A DNA stretch of 64,000 nt. Origin: Vicugna vicugna. Lineage: Eukaryota. Positions 11,030 through 24,041 of this stretch are shown here, one piece after another. The notes beneath the pieces were generated by a model, which ran no database searches, was not told the origin of the DNA, and saw nothing but the letters and a program-made list of their open reading frames with translations. Position 1 is the stretch's first letter. Every line of letters starts with the position of its first letter. The stretch covers positions 1,488,001 to 1,552,000 of the forward strand of contig MU058718.1 of the NCBI GenBank assembly GCA_013265495.1, in the 5' to 3' direction. A program made the translations under genes and the position numbers.

Positions 11030-11365
11030 ACATTTATATAGTGTTTATTATGTAACAAGCATTATGCAACAAGCATTGTTCTAAGTGTATTGTTTTTTTA
11101 ATTGAAGTATAGTCAGCTACAATATGTCAATTTCTGGTATACAGCATAATGTCCCAGTCATGCATATATACATATATATGCATATGTAAGTGTTTTTACA
11201 GATATTAATTAGTTTAATTCCCTATGAAGAAGATGTATTATCACCCCATCTTATAGGTAAAGCAAATGAGGAACAGAGATGAGATTAGCCGGTTAGTGGC
11301 AGAGCTGGGATTCAGACCCATGCAGTCTAGTGACATACTCTATATGCTCAGTAACTGTACAGCAC
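11030..11365. mobile_element. MIR SINE, interrupted by a short L1 tail
   Basis: 'attatcaccccatcttataggtaaagcaaatgaggaacagaga' and 'agtggcagagctgggattcagacccatgcagtct'. Confidence 0.8.
11092..11186 (-). mobile_element. Very short L1 3' tail with TSD
   Basis: 'ttttttaattgaagtatagtcagctacaatatgtcaatttctggtatacagcataatg', flanked by taagtgtatt (11082-11091) and taagtgtttt (11187-11196). Confidence 0.8.
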
Positions 11366-11951
11366 TGCCCAGTGTTTTAAATAACTGACCAGCTCTCATC
11401 CATGTTTGCCTCATACCCCCAAATACTCCACTGCCCTCCCCTGATGCTCACCTAGGCCATACCTGAGCTTACCAAGAAGTTTGAAGTGTGATCCTGGCTA
11501 TGAAAATCCTTCATAGCAAGTATGGCCACTGAATGTAAGCTCTTGGTGAAAAAACTAATTTTTTTCCTTATAAAATTTAATTCTTAATGAGACGTAAATG
11601 TTCAAACTTCCACTCTCTATGGAAAATAGAAACTTATTCTACAGCTTTGACTTTGCCTCTGTGATTTTCTCATTGTTGTGGAATACAAGTCCATGAGACA
11701 GTACAGTTGTGCCATATTTTAAAGACTAAGTGCTCAAATGTTCAACAGTATTCAGGAGTACTGCCTTTTTGGTGGAAGTGACAAAGACTGCGGGTCAGAA
11801 GGTCTTACTTCCCTCCATGGCATTACCAAGCTTGGCTGGTGGAGACAGAGTGACAAAATCTCACCTCTCCAGGCTCTGTTTTCTCATTTCTGAAGTAAGA
11901 AGGGCCAATTAAATGCATCCTAGGGCCTAATCCAATTCTTGGACCATTTTG

Positions 11952-12075
11952 TTTGGTTTTCTTGAGGGGGAGGAACTTAGGTTTATTTGTTTATTCTTGA
12001 TGGAAGTACTGGGGCTCAAACCCAGGACCTTGTGCATGTTAAGCGTGCGCTCTACCACTGAGCTGTACTCTCCCC
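11952..12075 (-). mobile_element. Vic-1-like tRNA-derived SINE (camelid)
   Basis: The reverse complement reads ggggagagtacagctcagtggtagagcgcacgcttaacatgcacaaggtcctgggtttgagccccagtacttcc (A and B boxes) plus an A-rich tail. The 16-bp TSD ttct(t/a)ggaccattttg lies at 11936-11951 and 12076-12091. Confidence 0.9.
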
Positions 12076-12094
12076 TTCTAGGACCATTTTGAAT

Positions 12095-12650
12095 TCACTG
12101 TTCCCCTAGCCCACAAGATCCCTCATGATCTGGCCTCTGACAAACTTTCCAGCCTCATTGCGTGTTGCAAGCTCACTCAGCTGCAGCCCCGTGGGTCTCT
12201 CTTCCATTTGTTCCGAAACCCTAAGCTGCTTCCTATCTTAGGGCCTTTCCACTAGCACTTCTCTCTGCTGGGAAGCCCTTTGCCTGCATCATCACCTGAT
12301 TGACTCTTTTTTTGTCATTCAAGTCACCGATTAACTTTTTTTTAAACTTTTTTTTTATTGAGTTACAGTCATTTTACAATGTTGTGTCAAATTCCAGGGT
12401 AGAGCACAACTGATTAACTTTTTTAATGAGCTTGTCTCCAACGTTTCCAGCTAAGTTGTTCCCCTAGCCCAGCACTAACTCTCCATCAGTCACCCTAATT
12501 TACTATCACCTATCGCCATCTGCTATTTTCTTCTTTATTTATCTGCTTATTTGTTTATAGTCTGTCTCTTCTCACTAGGTATCACACTATGAGAGTGACA
12601 TTGTCTTTTTCATCATTTTTGTCTGCAGTGCCTACATTAAGAGCATAGTA
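12095..12650 (+). mobile_element. L2 fragment
   Basis: Pyrimidine-rich L2-like sequence: 'ccctcatgatctggcctctg', 'cttagggcctttccactagc', 'tttgtttatagtctgtctcttctcactag'. Confidence 0.7.
12342..12409 (-). mobile_element. Very short young L1 3' tail with TSD
   Basis: 'tttttttattgagttacagtcattttacaatgttgtgtcaaattccag' is the same family as the L1 at 52.5 kb. The TSD gattaactttttt starts at 12329 and 12412. Confidence 0.85.
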
Positions 12651-15149
12651 GCCATTGAGTTCAGCAAGTCCAGGGCTGATGACAGAGGCAAAAACAGTGC
12701 CTGGATCTAAAGGGAGTAGGATTCCTTTCTGAAGTCACATCATGAAGTAAAGGGATTGCTTAGTGCTACATTTCCCCTTTCTTGATCAATTTAGTGATTT
12801 CAGGGTAAATGTCAGGGTTGCTATGCACAGACCCATGTCTCAAGAGTTGGGTTTGTACCTCCTTTCTCTCCTGCTAACCTACTTCTCATCGACAAACCAT
12901 GACTCTTCAGTGACATCGTCTCCACTTATATTGCCTGCCTAACAAGAAGAAAATAGCACATCCACCTGAGACCAGCCCCTCCCCGCTGAGGACAGCAGCA
13001 TAGTCACGGTTCTGCAGATTCTGGGCTTCAGGATCTGAGTGAGGGAGGTTCAAGTCTAGTGGCCAGAGGGCTTGGAGAGTCTGGATGTGGATCTCTATGT
13101 GGTGTTTGTTCCGCCCATGGAAAGAAAGGGTTCCAGGGTCCTGCTACATCAGTTGACCGAATGTTAACTGAAGCTGATTCATTGCTGGCTGCCGCCCTGA
13201 TGCAAGGATGTTGCGTCTCTCCTAATGGAAGAACAGGGTACCATACCAGACCACAGTAAACATCTGCCTTTGGTCTCTGACCAGCCAGAGAAAGCCTCTG
13301 AGGCTTAAGGAAGCCATGTGGAGTTTCTGGGAGGGACTGCTGTGGAAGCTGCTCTTCCCAGCTCAAAAGGGAGAGTGGTGCTTAACTCACAGCTGGAGGC
13401 AGAGCCCCACCCAGGTTAATCACCTGGGATTAGAATAGAATGAAGAGGGGTAACACTAGTGAAGTCACAGGGCAGTGTCAGAGTGTCACCATCTGGATTT
13501 CCAGAGTGGGAACTGACCACCCCCATGTCAGGAATCAACACACCCATGGCCAAAAGATAGAGTTCACGTTATTGTTTGTAATGGTTAATTGACTTTGACT
13601 TTTCCTTCTCCTCTCCAACCAGTTTCAGAACTTCCAGATCTGTCAAGACACACTGTCACACTCTCAGATTTCTCCACTCACCTCTCAGGACCTACTGCAT
13701 CAAATACCACATACCATAACAACTCAGGACTGGTGACCGAATCGTCTGTCCCACCATAAAAGGATTACGGGGTCAGACATTTCAGCACTTGCTTGCCCCA
13801 GAATTTCGTCAAAAGTTTCTTCTTTAAGCATTGCTAACGTATCTCTTGCTACAGTGTCCGCGCATTTCTTTATAATCTACTCTGGAGAAGCAAAATGAGT
13901 CTCCAAATTATTTATGATACTTCAAAATCGTGAAATCAATTCTTAGCTTTCTCTCTCCCTCCACTGAATTTCATGCTCCTGCCACTATAATCTGTCTATC
14001 TGGTAATTCTTTTCTGGACTTTAGTTCTTTGCACCTTTTAAAAATGCAGAAATCAGAACTGCATAACTGCTCTCATAAGTTCCTTTGGCAAGTCTTGGGG
14101 TAATCAAAGTTTTCTTTCCAGTTTGTGAAAGCAAATTCCTGTCACTTTAGATCTGGAAATTCAACTTGCATTTGGATCTCGAGTCTCTTGTCACGTGTAA
14201 TCACCCAATTTCTTACCTTAACAGCCTTGACTGAATTAGGTTTTTGTTTGAGGGTGCACTGATTTTGTTCCCACCTTATACTTTTTCAGATAGTTGGCTC
14301 CCTAAAGTTCCCGTTTACTTAAATTTATTTTTTGGTCATTGGAGGTTACAGAGAACTCAGCCCACTGAGAACATACCTGCTCATCATCCAACAAAAATTA
14401 GGAAACAGTCCTGAACCCAAGAAGATACTGCATTGATGTACCCACCCGATATTAGGTCATTCTGGGCCCCACCTCTGAAATGGTCGTCAGAAATTCATTC
14501 TCAGCGTCCCTTGTTCCCTTGACTTATTCTCACTCGCACACAAACTGCCATATTGCTTTGTGTGTCTCAAGACCTTTTTTTTTTTTTTGCCTCTTTCTGT
14601 CTTATATTCTTGCCCGATTGTTTTCTAAACATTATTAACTGTGTTTGATTTCTGTTCCTATGTATAATGCTCTTACCCCAACTTTATTCTCTTTCAGATA
14701 ATTGGCTCCCACATTTACCAAGTTTACTTACATTTTTCTTCCTCTTTTCTTGGAGGTTTTGGCAGACTCAGCCAGGAAAGACTGCCTGGGGTAGTCTGAA
14801 TTTGTATCTGGAGTTTCAGCATAATTATTATAGAGTTTCCTTTCATACTCTAAAGGACCTTAGTCTGGATGGTAAATCATACAGTCACCCTACTGATAGG
14901 AGCAGACTGACTCTCGGCTCTCCTTTAGTCTCAGAACCACCCCACACACCGGAGGGCAACTTAACTTCTTCCAGAACTTCAGCTAGAGGTTGCCCGTCAC
15001 CCTCCCTCCAGGACTAGTGTTGGCCGTCTGAGGAAGTGAGTCTCTGGGCCCTGGCAGGGGAGCAGGGTAGGGCTGGAAGCTGATCTCTCTAGCTGTTAGG
15101 ACTGTGAGGGTTAGATGCTGACTGCTCTGATTCTCTGAGTACCTCAGGA

Positions 15150-15250
15150 AGATGCAGGGTAGTGTGGCAATTAAAAACTGGAACTTTGGAACCGGACCAC
15201 TTAAATTCAAATCCTGGCTCTGTCACTTCCACTTATTTAATTGGGGCAGA
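15150..15250. mobile_element. MIR fragment
   Basis: 'ttcaaatcctggctctgtcactt'. Confidence 0.6.
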
Positions 15251-15544
15251 CAAACCCATATATGTATTCTTTATCAAGAGAGCTCTGAAACAGAGTGTTT
15301 ACACATGCACAGACCCAGAACTTACCAAGTTGCTTGTGTGACCCAACAGTTGTGGATTTCCCATGCCACAGGATCTCAGAATGCGTGTGTGTCATGGGGG
15401 AGTCGGCTTTAGGCCAGCTTGCTCCTCCCACCCTAATTCATGGGACACTAAGCTCAGTGAAATCTCTCCAGCACTAGAACTTCCTCTCCACAAGACATAC
15501 CCAACAACTCTTCCCCTCTGGTGACTCCATAAAGGTTGAACTAT

Positions 15545-15690
15545 GTCATTCATTTATTCATTCACAAAGTACACGTTCTCTCAGGCACATAGAGCTAAGG
15601 GCTGTAGGCGATCAAAAGAAAATAATGTCCATTCCCAACCTCAAGGAGCTTATTACTGAGTGGGGATAGTAGAAGTCTGCACATAAAAAT
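15545..15690 (-). mobile_element. L2 3' end fragment
   Basis: 'cattcatttattcattcacaaag...caggcac...cctcaaggagctta'. Confidence 0.6.
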
Positions 15691-16344
15691 TAAATGACAG
15701 GTAAGACACTGGACCCAGAAATGTTAACAGACAAATAGTTTAATGATTAAATGTCGAATGAGTGGGGCCTCACATAAGATCTACCAGACCTGAGAAAAGA
15801 GACAGATCACCTAGGAATGAAGGCACCAAGGATATCAAGACCTAGAATAAGTAGGAATGGGTCAGGAAAAGAAAGAGATAAATGTTAGATATGCACTAAA
15901 CTTCAGATTCAGGCTAAACCTAATGTTTGGCATCAACTTCAGCCTCAGGTTCTAGGAGACCCAATAGCTGCACGTCTACTTCAGTATCGTTTTTTACTAT
16001 CCTGAAACTTGTCAGTGACCAGTGATCCTGTGATTGTGTTTTACAATCATATCTACTGGGCATAACAAAATAAAATGACAACAGGAATGCAGAAGAAAAT
16101 TTGGAAATGGTTTTGTCATCTGGAGATTCACTTACCTTGTCCCACTGACACATTTCCACATCCAGATTTTGAGGACAATTTTTTACTCAAGTGATTAAGG
16201 GAAGCAATGAGAACAGGCAAATATTAGAAATAAACAACTTAAATGAGAGTAAAAATCTTAAATTAGCTTTTGAAAATAATCAGAAAATAACTTCAAGTCT
16301 TTTGTCATTCAATAATCATTTATTGAGTACCTCTCCAGCATCGT

Positions 16345-16800
16345 ACTGCCTGGGTTCAAATCCCAGCTGGGTCACTTTCTGGCTATAATCTGTATGACCT
16401 TAGGTTAGTTATTTAAGTGTCCCTAAGCTTCCTCACCTATAAAATGGAATTAATCATAAAACCTGCTTCATAAATGGGATTAATCATAATGCTCACTGGG
16501 CTTTTTCTTTTTCATTTTAATTATTTAAGGAACAAAATAAAAGAGAAAATGTTTATCCACCAAAGAGAACTTTTCCATTAAACAGAAATCAAATACTTTA
16601 TAATAAAGACCAACCAACTAAAAACAGAATATTAGATTAGTAAAACAACAACAGCAATTTGACTTTGTGTTTTATTTCAGTGGGTACTTTGTTCTTTGTC
16701 TAGAGGACAATGTAACCCACTTGAGCATTCAGTGAGTTAATTTTTGTAAACCACTGGGTATAGTACCTGGCAGATAACACGCAGGATGTAGTGTTTGTTA
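16345..16800. mobile_element. MIR split by a complex insertion (~16471-16720)
   Basis: 'tgcctgggttcaaatcccagct...cctcacctataaaatgg' resumes as 'tgagcattcagtgagttaatttttgtaaaccact...agtacctggca'. Confidence 0.7.
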
Positions 16801-17099
16801 AAATAAGATGTATCAGGCACAGCGGTGTCTGTTACACATGCACAAACCCCTTTTGTGAGATTATTTCACAAGATTATGTCATCACCATCAACCAAACCTT
16901 TAAGTCCTGAAGTTGAAGAGGACATAATTCACTGTTCCAAGTCAATTTGTTTTAGAGAAAGGAAAGATTAATAATTTGGTGGCATTGCTGCTACCAACCA
17001 TACCCCACACTGGTGGAATTTCTTCAATTCAACCTCAGCTGAAATAAGTGAATGGTGACTAAATGTTGACTGAATTAAATTAGACCGTCTAGAAGAGGG

Positions 17100-18130
17100 A
17101 ACCGCTAAGAAGACAGAACCATGAGATGCCATGGATGCTAACAGAAGAAAAAATATAGAAAAGAGGCATATGTGACAAGGTCATGCCCTTCAGGGAAGTT
17201 AAGAAGGATGCATTTCTCTGGGGAAATTTGAAGGCAAAGGGAAGGAAACGTGAAGGATGACATCTGGAGACGTGAACAGGGTCAAAAAAAAATCCTTACA
17301 ATATGGAAATCCATGTGATTATAAGGAGACCCTAGAGAAGGTGAGATTGAAAATGTATCAAAAGTAGAGAGTCTAACTGATAAGAAGCATCCAGAGGAGA
17401 CTAAAGGGGGAAGAGATTAAGAACACTGGTGGAACAAGTGTGAGGTGGAGAAAAGTGAATGTGGGGGAGCTCAGGTCAGAGGTTCTTGGTTTTCCTGGTA
17501 AAGAAATAGATGGGAGTAAGGTATAGATGTGTCTTTGGAGACTTAAGAAAAATGGAAAAAGTTAGAACTGCTACTGTGGGGAATATGATATGACATTAAC
17601 TAGACATGAATAAGAGGATATCCGATTAACCCTGGACACCCAACCGAGATGCAATAGCAGGGATTTGTGATGAATTCAAGCCCAGTCTCCAGTAACGATC
17701 TGCTTTCTGGAATGATTAAAAATGGAGCAGAGAGACTTGGAAGAGCCAAGTCTGTAGAGTGATTTTCACATGGAAGGATTTTCCCTGCCAATCCAGGCTG
17801 GAAACAGTGAACTGAAGACAGAGGTAGGGAAGAGGTGCAGATTTAGGAATTCCAGGGTGGGGAGGACATAGATGGCTTGTAGGCTTGACGGGGAAAGACA
17901 GGGCATGAGTATCAGAAGGGTATCTGTGGAGTGTGAGAGCCTGGAAGTGGCAAAGAGAAAGGGGCCAAGAATCAAGCCTTGAAAAAAATGTGCAAAGGGA
18001 CAGAAAGAAGAGAAGCTGGAAGAGAAGAGAGAATCGTCAGAGAGGTCACAAAACCGCACAGGGTCATGTTTTACAGATCAAAGAGAAAGAGAATTTCAAG
18101 GAGGAAGAAGAGTTAACACAGCATAATTAC
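17100..18130 (-). mobile_element. Highly diverged L2 fragments
   Basis: Purine-rich L2-like antisense sequence, e.g. 'gtgtgagagcctggaagtggcaaagagaaaggggccaagaatcaagcctt'. Confidence 0.45.
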
Positions 18131-19258
18131 ACATAACTATCCTACCAAGTCCGCAATGCCGTAGAATAATGACTGTCGAGTACTAGGCTTGAGCCACGCA
18201 CAGGGGAGTGATGTTATAGGCATTGCCCTACTGACTTTTTGCAGCACCCCAAGGCAGGTCGATTGTCACTGATGTTTCATGGCTGCAGGAGGTGAGACAG
18301 CCGTTGTGATAACTCACCCATGGACACACAGCATGAGCTCCTAGCCTAGACCGCAAATCTCTTTTACTCTAAAACCTGAACATTATGTCTGAAGCAGTTT
18401 CTATATTATTATGATCGTTTTCCAAATGCTGTATCTCACATAGGTATTATCTTTATGACACTTCAGGACAAAAACAGAGAATTCAAGGACTGAGGCCATG
18501 AAGTGATTGTTGGATTTGTGCACTAGGAGATTGTTAGAAACTGATGGCAGAGCAGAGAGGTGGGATGTACAGATCACGTTGCTGAGAGACAAGAACTGGG
18601 GCTGGGAAGGGGGGTGCCCAGGGGAGGAGGCATAGAGGGGAGTTAGGATTGGGGTTTGGCACAAATGAGTTCACATCCAGGCTGAGTCACTTAGTTGTGT
18701 GATCTTGTACAAGTTTTCCATGCTAACTAAGTTTCATTTTCTTTAGATGTAAAATGATCATACTTCATACGGTTGTTCTGAGAATTAACTAACATAATTC
18801 CTAGAAATATTTTTCCTGTGCTGGGCCCACATACCCATTCAAAAATGTTTTTTATTATGCTTATTGCATATATACTATGGTTAACTGTACTATAATCTGT
18901 TTCTTTCCTTTTTAAGATTCTCTTCTTCCTAGGTATTCATAATATAGCCATGTTTTGACGGTCCTCTTGCTACCTCTCCACTCCCTGATCTCTTGAATTA
19001 ATGTAGCCCATATCACATTCTTGAGAACTTCTGTATACACGTGTTTTTTTTCTCAGGCAAAAGTTTGTGAGACACGGACAGAAAATTCTGTTACCTCCTC
19101 TAGATAGGGAATGATGGATTTTGATTAAACAAATATTCTGCTTTGTATCATGCACAGATAATCATTTTTCAAAGAATTAACATGTAATAGAACACATTTA
19201 CTAAAACTGTGTTCCTTGTAATGTAAACTCTCTTTAGCAATTCAAAAAGTCAACCTAG

Positions 19259-19430
19259 AGGACCTACTGTATAGCACAGGGACCTATATTCAATTTCTTA
19301 TAATAACATATTATGGAAAAGAATCTGAAAAGAAAATATATGTGTGTGTCTAATCACGGCTGAATCACTTTGCTGCACACCTGAAACTAACATTGTAAAT
19401 CAACTACACCTCAGTTAAACATTTCTAGAA
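19259..19430 (+). mobile_element. Short L1 3' end (artiodactyl type) with diverged TSD
   Basis: 'gacctactgtatagcacaggga...ctgaatcactttgctgcacacctgaaactaacattgtaaatcaacta'; flanks aaaaagtcaacctag / aaaatatcaacttag. Confidence 0.85.
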
Positions 19431-22400
19431 AAATATCAACTTAGGATTTTAACTGTGTTCGGATCTATGTATCATCATTATGAGCACTTATTTTCCTTTC
19501 CGTAGAGGTGCAGAACACCACTTACACTCCTTGTTACAGAGAGCACCTGACCTTCGTGAATGTGAATATGTATAACATATGTTTACATGTACATTGTGTT
19601 CAAAAAAGCCAGGTCCCCAGAAAACACTAAAAATATAGTAGGGAGGTGAACTATACACACAGAGTTGATCAGGGCTACTATTTGGGATTAAGGAAACACC
19701 CAGAGTTACCAGTAACGTTTGGAGATCAGCATCGGCCTTCTGGGGTGTTCCTCCAGATCAGGGAAGTATAAATTCTGCTAGACACGGAGAAAACGAAGGA
19801 TGGCCTAGAAATTAAGCACATCTGTTACATTCATTGAGACATCAGAGTTTAGCTTTTGGAACTAGAGGCTATGTTTTAGATAAACTCCATTTTTAAAGAA
19901 ATCCTTATTAAGGACCTCTAAATACAGGACCAAATTCTGTCCTCAGATACTTAAGCAAAACTGGGTCTGAAATCAATATAGGCACTGTTAGAAAGGATTT
20001 GAGGATTGAATCAGAGAATAGGATTTGGCTCCTAGGACACAAACCACGCTACTAATCCCGGAGAAAGGATTTGCCTGTTTAAAGGATTATAAATTTTTGA
20101 AAAGCATATTCTGTTGATAATACTTTTCATTTCCTGCAAATCAAATTACTGAGGGATATTTTCATTGTGAATAGAATTGGACAATGTTTTCATTGTTGTT
20201 TTCGTTTCCTTTGTACAAAAGGGTACCAAATTTCAAAGTAATCAGACATGAAGTTTCATGGTCCCAAATGACTACACATCTGAAGATTCGAGCAGATAAA
20301 TTGGAAATAATGCCTGCTAGCAAACCAAAAGTCAATTGGAGCTAAAAGGAAGTCCCTTCGATTTGTGATACTGGCACTTATGAACGTATACAAGTGTCTG
20401 CAGTTTTATTTGGCAGTGACCCCTCAAAAAAATCTGGACAAGGAAGGGCAAGTCCAGCAGCCTTGCTTGGTGGGCTCTGGCACATTTGGCTGCTTCCCAC
20501 TTCGGACTCATTTTACTCTAGTGAAACAAATGGCTATAAATAATGTTGAAAGACAGTGTTTTAGTAATGGGAAAATTCACTGGTTCTTGCACTTCCTTAA
20601 TGGAATTGGCCTTCCAAGAGGCTGTTAGGCTCCAAAGAAAAAGAGAGAAAAAAAGCAAGCAAGAGAAACATTTGAGGGCATAGGACACTTTGGTCGCCAG
20701 TGTTCTCAATGCCTCCCCCCTGTGCACAGACCTCACTTTGAAGGTATCACCAGCCATAAGCCTAGAAAGCCCACTCCTTGGAGACCATGTCTAATTCCTT
20801 GTTCTAAAAGGCATCTGGAAGGTTTTCTCCAGAGTAGTAGTCATCATGGGCATCATCATGCTTTCACTTGCACCATCCCCACAAATAGCCGCACAGGTAG
20901 GACCCTTTGGGCTTTTTGTCATTTTAAATTTTCTGCTGCTGCTTGGACAATGGGCCAATCATTCCTGAGAAAGGAAAGGCAGGGTTCGGGTGGGAAAGGA
21001 GACTGCCTGAAGTCACAGTGTAATGCTATTAGTCTGAACTCTCCCATGACGGAACCCTGCCTGGGAAGGACAATTACATGGGAAAGGATGATAACCTCAT
21101 GAGGCAATAACCTTCTGAGAGATCCTGTTCCACTCTGTACAGGTTATTAATTTGATTACCTTTCAGAGAAGTAGCCAAACTTCAGGGGCCCTCTCAGAAC
21201 CAAGTCATTCCTTTCAAGGTTTGCCCATCTCTAATGAGCTGGGTCTTTTCAGCAATCATCTAACCACATGATTTCCTTAATTTTCAGCCGGTTGCATAAC
21301 GACAAAGATAAATGTGGCTTTTCCCAGCTGCTTCTAAAATAAGTTCAAGACTGAATTAATATGAATGGAAATACTTTTTGTTTGTATAAAGGGTAGAGGA
21401 AAGAAACCACAGGTGGGGGGTTTGCCGACACCTGCTAAAATGTATGCGGTGTGTCTCAAGCTTGGGACACAAGAGTGGCAAAGACAGAATAATCAACTCC
21501 TAGAACCCAAAACTCCTAAGATGGTGACACTCCATCAAATTCATTCCATTTCTGCAGGAGATAGAAAACTCCAAAATTCCGAAAATAGGCTTAGTTATAA
21601 AAGGGATTTTTTGGGGATTCTTGAATCCCATCACTTGTTCAGTGAAATATGACAACTATGTTATTTCTAAAAACAAAGGTTGAAATATGTTGAAATATCT
21701 CCAATCTATCAATCCATGTTCTCTTCAAGCTCTCATTTGTATGAGGAATATAATGGGTGGTGGGAGAGCTTGCAGTCTGAGAATAACAAAGATTTCATGA
21801 CTGCAGAAGAAAAATATCTTACCTGAAATTGCACAGAAAAGTGGGAGCCTTACACTGAGTAAGGACATTGACCTAACAGAAAAAGAGGGTTCCCTCTTTG
21901 TTAAGTTAGCATCTTTCCATGTACCATTAACCCTTATTTGGGATACACTTGTATTTACTAGAAGCCCTTCAATTAAATGTCACCTGTGTGTAGGACACTA
22001 TAAATTAAAAATTAAAAACAAACAAAAGACTTGTTCTGTCCAATGGGGAGAAATAGCCCCCACAGACCAGAGAACACATAGGATCTCAAAGATGAAAACC
22101 CAAGTGAAAACACACAACCAAGGGACAAAGACCCTGAAGGCTGGGTGGAAATGAATAAGACAAGTGAAGTCAATCAGGGATACTTTTTCCAGGGAAACTT
22201 GAAGGCTTAGGCAGAGTTGAGAGGATAGCATGGCTCGTTGGGTAGGAGAAGAAAGGATATTCCAGTGGAAATAAAAACCCTGAAGCACTATCCATTCTAT
22301 CTCTTTGTTCTTCTGTTCCCTCAGCTTGAACTGCAACCCAATCCTCTCCTCTTTGCAAGTAAAAGAAGAGTAGACACTGCTTCTGTGGTTAAGTTATAAA

Positions 22401-23442
22401 GATTGTGTTGCTTGTTCGGTACAGCAAAGTATCTTTCTGTTATTGACAAGCAAATAAAATCAGATCAAACTGTTCAAACTCAATCCACACTCTTTTATAA
22501 TATAAGAAGACAGTTGTGAGTTTTGGGGGGAAGGTTATCATTTGCTTTCTTGTTGTCTCATCTTTGAGCTCCAGCAAGTGTCTTCCCTACCTATGATGAT
22601 GATTCTTTTCATTAAATTCTTAATGCATCAAAATACTCCGCAAGGCAAAAAAAAAAAAATCTTCAGGTGGCTGATCCGCCTTCAAGACAAAACCCTTTGG
22701 ATTTCTTCTTAACCAATTGCTTAAAATTCCTTTACTCTCTTCTCATCCATGATATGTAAATTCAGATTAAAACGCAGTCAGCTAAATCCATAAGTGCCCA
22801 AATAGGCAATCTGACGTTCCTGTTATTTACATCTAAGACCAGAGACTAGTCATGAATACCACGTGGCAGGCAGTTTCCACACTCCAGGCCCTGGCCTAAG
22901 CCCTTTACGTCCAGATAATTCATTTAATCCTTCTAGCAACACTCAACAGTGTTTCCAAACTCCCAATAGATATGAATTTATAGGAAACAAGAAATTAGAA
23001 TTCCCGGGAACTCTTGTGAATTTCTGAACTCATAAGTTTTTCTTTATTTTGGTAGTATTTACCAAAGAAAAGTATTTTAGTAGTGGTTTTTGTGTTGTTT
23101 TGGTTTGGTTTTTTAGTATTTTAGTAGTGCATATTTACAAAGCCCTATATACTCTATAGTGAAAATTCAGAAATTGGAAAATATGCCAGCAAAAATTACT
23201 GGATGATGCTAGAAAAACCTAACATTTGGGTATCGTAGCTAGATTAACAGCATTACACAGAATCATATGTCAAAATCACTAATTTAAGGACTTATTTTGC
23301 TTCCAAGGGTGTTATTTCTTAAAATACAACTTACAGATTTATATGAAGTATCCTGTGTATACAAACTTGATACTTATTTTATTCACAAGAATGGCTCAGC
23401 ATTAGTCACAGAGGCAGCCACAAGTAAGCTCTTGTAACATGG

Positions 23443-24036
23443 TTCATTAAATTTCTATTGCTGTGTAACAAAGTACCATACATTGAATAGCTTAAAACAG
23501 CACACATTTATTATCTCTTAGTTGTTTGGGTCAGGTCCACTGGGTCAAAATCTAAGTGTCCACCGAAGCCACAGTTCTCATGGTGGGGTTGGTTGGGGGG
23601 TTGGCAGGGCTGAGCTCCAGGGTCCTCCCCAAGCTCACTGGTGGTTGGAAGAATTTATTTTCTTCTGGTTTTAGGACTGAAGTCCCCAGTTTCCTGCTAG
23701 CTGTTGGCTGGGGACCCCTTTCAGGTAGCCCCCACAGGCAGTTCACAACCTGGATTTATTTTTCCCCTTCCAGGCCAGCTGGAGCGTCTCTCTGCCCTCC
23801 ACTTTTGTGTTCAGCCAGAGAAAAGTCTCTGTATTTAAAGCACTCATGTGATCAGGTAAGGCCCACTTGGATAATCTCCTTGTCTTAAAATCAACACATT
23901 TGAGGCCTGAATTATATCTCCAAAACTCCCTTCACAACAGCACCTAGATTAGTGTTTGATTTAATAATTGAGAGAAAGGGTGTGTACACCAGAGGTCTGG
24001 AAACTTGGGGGCCACATTAGAATTTTGCCTACCACA
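23443..24036. mobile_element. MaLR solo LTR, MLT1D/E-like
   Basis: Runs from 'tttctattgctgtgtaacaaagtacca...gcttaaaacagcacacatttattatct' to 'tagaattttgcctaccaca'; 5-bp flanks catgg/catga. Confidence 0.85.
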
Positions 24037-24041
24037 CATGA

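Noticed and set aside
12000..12075. Possible tRNA gene
   Set aside because: It has a SINE tail, a TSD and a mutated B box; it is the head of the Vic-1 SINE.
15920..16190. Two apparent coding exons separated by an ~80-nt intron
   Set aside because: The spliced joins I tried hit a stop immediately or within a few codons, and the upstream acceptor is weak.
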